Shown here piece after piece: positions 58,743 to 61,516 of a stretch of 61,516 nt of DNA. The DNA is taken from assembly GCA_902767325.1 (NCBI GenBank), contig CACXGW010000118.1, positions 1 to 61,516 on the forward strand. Reading direction: 5' to 3'. The stretch is from an uncultured Ruminococcus sp. (GTDB lineage Bacteria; Bacillota; Clostridia; Oscillospirales; Acutalibacteraceae). The notes beneath the pieces were generated by a model. The model was not told the DNA's origin and did not search any database. It saw only the letters and a list, made by a program, of their open reading frames with translations. How positions within the stretch are numbered: position 1 is the stretch's first letter; every line of letters starts with the position of its first letter. Both the position numbers and the translations under genes were made by a program.

Positions 58743-59681
58743 TTGAAAAACAAAATCAAAGTCATCTCCGTTGTGGGACCGACCGCATCGGGAAAAACCG
58801 GGCTTTCGGTAGAGCTCGCTAAGCTTCTTGACGGCGAGATCATTTCCGCCGATTCCATGCAGATTTACAAGGGAATGGATATTGCCACGGCTAAGCCCGA
58901 CGACGCTGAAATGCAGGGCGTCCCGCACCACCTTATGGGCTTTTTACCGCCCGAACAAACCTATTCCGTTGCGATGTTTACAGACGACGCACGCTGTCTT
59001 ATTGCCGACATAACGAAAAGAAATAAGCTTCCGTTCATTGTCGGCGGCACCGGGCTTTATGTCGACGCCTTGCTCAACAATATCAGGTTCCACGATGAAG
59101 AGCGAAACGAAGAGGTTTCAACTGAGCTTCGGGAACGCTTTCAAAAAGAGGGAATAGAGCCCTTGCTCGAGGAGCTTTTGCAGGTCGACCCCGATTCTGC
59201 TCAAAGGCTTTCAAAGGAGCGCAACCCCAAGCGTATCATCAGAGCTTTGGAGTTTTACAAAACCACAGGCAAGACCATAACCGAGCAGCTTGCGCTTTCC
59301 CGCACTGAGGAAAGCCCATATAAAGCGATAAAGATCGGACTTTCTTTTTCCGACAGGGAAAAGCTGTATGACCGCATCAACAAAAGAGTGGACGATATGC
59401 TTTCCCGCGGACTTTTGGAAGAGGCAAGGCAGGTGTTATCCTCGCCGCTGAGCCAAACCTCCGCAATGGCGATAGGCTACAAGGAGCTTGCGCCGTATAT
59501 AAGCGGAGAGGCTTCTCTTGACGATTGCGTTGAAAAGCTGAAACGCGAAACAAGGCGCTACGCCAAGCGTCAGCTGACGTGGTTCAGGCGTGACAAGGAA
59601 ATCAATTGGCTGTATGTCGATGAGTATAATTCTTTTGACGAATTATTTGATGCAGCCGTTCAGATAATAAACAAAGGATGA
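58743..59681 (+). CDS. miaA: tRNA dimethylallyltransferase
   Basis: GPTASGKT, ADSMQIY, IATAKP, VGGTGLY, AIGYKE, TRRYAKRQLTWF; exact TTG start uncertain (58725 or 58743). Confidence 0.96.
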   Translation: MKNKIKVISVVGPTASGKTGLSVELAKLLDGEIISADSMQIYKGMDIATAKPDDAEMQGVPHHLMGFLPPEQTYSVAMFTDDARCLIADITKRNKLPFIVGGTGLYVDALLNNIRFHDEERNEEVSTELRERFQKEGIEPLLEELLQVDPDSAQRLSKERNPKRIIRALEFYKTTGKTITEQLALSRTEESPYKAIKIGLSFSDREKLYDRINKRVDDMLSRGLLEEARQVLSSPLSQTSAMAIGYKELAPYISGEASLDDCVEKLKRETRRYAKRQLTWFRRDKEINWLYVDEYNSFDELFDAAVQIINKG

Positions 59682-59685
59682 ACAT

Positions 59686-60966
59686 ATGGATAAACTGTTA
59701 TTTAAGCGAATATTGGTCGCGGCGCTGACAATTCTGGCGCTGATATATGTTACCTATTTGCTGATAAGTTCCAATTTTGATATGTACCCGACCGAAAACG
59801 CGGTCCAGGCGACCGTCACCGACGGAATCAGCACCAGCGGATATATCATCCGTGAGGAGACGATCATCAACAACAACACTCAGGGAGTGCTGTCATATAC
59901 CATCGGCAACAGTGCCGCTGTAGAAGCAAACAGCGTTATCGCAAAGGTGTTTTCAAACGAGGACGACGCCATAGCCAACAGCAAGGCAGACGAGCTTGAA
60001 GCAAGGATAAAAACCCTTCAGGACAGCCAGAACAGCAGTCTTGCGGGAGCTGTCAGCGTTGACGTTATCAACAACAATATTAAAAGCAACCTGATCGACT
60101 ATCTTTATGACGTCAATTGCTACGATATAGACGCCGCGAAGATCAACGCCGACAAGCTTTTGGCAAGTGTAAACCAGCGTCAGCTTCTCACCGGCAAGAT
60201 CAGCAATTTCAACTCGCAGATTTCCGCTTTGCAGACCGAGGTCTCAAATCTCAGGTCATCATCGGGAAAAAGCATCGGAACCTTAAAAACACCCAAAGCC
60301 GGATATTTCACCGAGTTTTGCGACGGCTATGAAAACGCTTTTCCGTATTCAAAAATAGGCGAGATGACCCTTGACGATCTGAAAAACATCAAAAGCTCAT
60401 CGGTCGACGAAAACGTCGCGGGCAAGGTCATCAGCAATGTCAATTGGTTCGTAGCCTGCGAGGTCACATCCGACGAGGCCGCGGCGCTGTCGATCTACGA
60501 CGGCGACATCACCGTCCATTTTTCCGAAGCCTCCACTGACGCCATCCCCGCAACGCTTTACCGCATATCAAGATCGGGCGACGGAAACGCTCTTGTCATT
60601 CTGGAGTGCGATTATATGGACAGCGGTCTGCTTGAAGCGCGTCAGGAGCCTCTTGAGATCGGTATGGGCTCATACTCGGGACTTCGCGTCAGCAAGCGCG
60701 CTATCCACGACGATTACGTCACAAAAACCACTTACGACGAAAACGACAAGCCGCACAAGGAAAAGAAAAAGGTCCAGGGCGTTTATGTTCTTTACGGCAG
60801 CGAGATCCAGTTCAAGCAGATCTCCATTCTGTATTCCACAAAGGACTATGTTATCTGCGACACCGAGCCCGAAAAGAATGTGTTGTTCAACGGAGAAACA
60901 ATTTCTCTGTATGATAAAGTAATTGTAAAAGGAGACGATTTGTATGACGGAAAGGTCATTGCGTGA
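59686..60966 (+). CDS. Membrane-anchored coiled-coil protein (HlyD/membrane-fusion-like)
   Basis: N-terminal TM, GYIIREE, coiled coil, TPKAGYF..DGYE, GLRVSKRAI, LYDKVIV; directly upstream of yggS. Confidence 0.7.
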   Translation: MDKLLFKRILVAALTILALIYVTYLLISSNFDMYPTENAVQATVTDGISTSGYIIREETIINNNTQGVLSYTIGNSAAVEANSVIAKVFSNEDDAIANSKADELEARIKTLQDSQNSSLAGAVSVDVINNNIKSNLIDYLYDVNCYDIDAAKINADKLLASVNQRQLLTGKISNFNSQISALQTEVSNLRSSSGKSIGTLKTPKAGYFTEFCDGYENAFPYSKIGEMTLDDLKNIKSSSVDENVAGKVISNVNWFVACEVTSDEAAALSIYDGDITVHFSEASTDAIPATLYRISRSGDGNALVILECDYMDSGLLEARQEPLEIGMGSYSGLRVSKRAIHDDYVTKTTYDENDKPHKEKKKVQGVYVLYGSEIQFKQISILYSTKDYVICDTEPEKNVLFNGETISLYDKVIVKGDDLYDGKVIA

Positions 60967-61516
60967 CGTCGAGTATAACTATCGGCTCATAAACGAGCGG
61001 ATAGCCGAGGCGGCGGAAAAATCCGGCAGAAAACGTGAGGACATCACGCTTCTTGCCGCGACAAAAACCGTTGACGCCGCGACGATCAACCACGCGATCT
61101 CTCTCGGACTTGACCATATCGGCGAAAACCGCGTGCAGGAGCTTCTTTCAAAATATGAGGATTACGATCTAAGCCGCTGTTCGCTTCAGTTTATCGGTCA
61201 TTTGCAGACAAATAAGGTCAGACAGATCGTCGATAAGGTCGATCTTATCCAGTCGGTCGATAGTCTGAAGCTTGCAAAGGAGATCTCCTCTCAGTCGGTG
61301 AAGCGCGGCATAGTGTCCGATATTCTGGTTGAGGTCAACATCGGCAGGGAAGAGAACAAATCCGGCGTTTTTGAAGAGAATCTGGAGGAATTGCTGTGTG
61401 AGATCGCTCAGCTTGAGGGGATTTCGGTCAAAGGATTGATGACAATACCCCCGATTTGTGAAAATGAACACAAAATTTCAAAATATTTTTATAATATGCA
61501 CAAGTTATTTATTGAC
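60944..61516 (+). CDS. yggS: YggS/PLP homeostasis protein, N-terminal part (runs off window end)
   Basis: ATG 60944 after GGAG; reads ..LLAATKTV..IGENRVQE..FIGHLQTNKV..IQSVDS..VEVNIG.E..KSG..GLMT; not in ORF track because truncated. Confidence 0.93.
   Translation, partial: MTERSLRDVEYNYRLINERIAEAAEKSGRKREDITLLAATKTVDAATINHAISLGLDHIGENRVQELLSKYEDYDLSRCSLQFIGHLQTNKVRQIVDKVDLIQSVDSLKLAKEISSQSVKRGIVSDILVEVNIGREENKSGVFEENLEELLCEIAQLEGISVKGLMTIPPICENEHKISKYFYNMHKLFID

Noticed and set aside
57941-58858. 305-aa minus-strand ORF, and similar long antisense ORFs over leuS, ftsY, smc and the pullulanases
   Set aside because: Shadow ORFs arising from codon bias in well-supported plus-strand genes

Overview
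61.5 kb of mostly core chromosome from a low-GC-phylum anaerobe. Gene content (dockerin-bearing pullulanase, yunB, miaB-ylbF-mutS-mutL, rnc-radical SAM-smc-ftsY, CD1247-type protein after efp) points to an Oscillospiraceae/Ruminococcus bromii-like starch degrader. Housekeeping blocks: rpmE(3' end)-yigZ-dnaG-rpoD; infC-rpmI-rplT with an L20-type leader; trmH-dprA-topA-trmFO-plsX-rnc-radical SAM-smc-ftsY-rdgB-yhbY-nadD-yqeK-rsfS-leuS; rpsU; aroQ-pepP-efp; miaB-ylbF-mutS-mutL-miaA-HlyD-like-yggS. Accessory content lies between about 4.2 and 29.6 kb: two tandem GH13 pullulanases (one membrane-anchored, one with dockerin and CBM, amylosome-type); a two-component system divergent from a VTC-domain/DUF4956 pair; an AT-rich lipoprotein/XRE switch with tandem operators; a membrane Ser/Thr kinase/HTH divergent pair with overlapping promoters; a His-rich COG0523 GTPase; and a six-gene polyol-phosphate cell-wall polymer cluster with two separate CDP-alditol modules. 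One module combines an AlsE-like hexulose-6-P epimerase, a Zn polyol-phosphate dehydrogenase and a cytidylyltransferase, suggesting an unusual CDP-hexitol pathway; this is the best candidate for an undescribed system. Two genes appear to use non-canonical starts (infC ATC; radical SAM gene ATT). No rRNA, tRNA, CRISPR array, transposase or integrase was seen. All family assignments come from recognising motifs by eye; no database searches were run.
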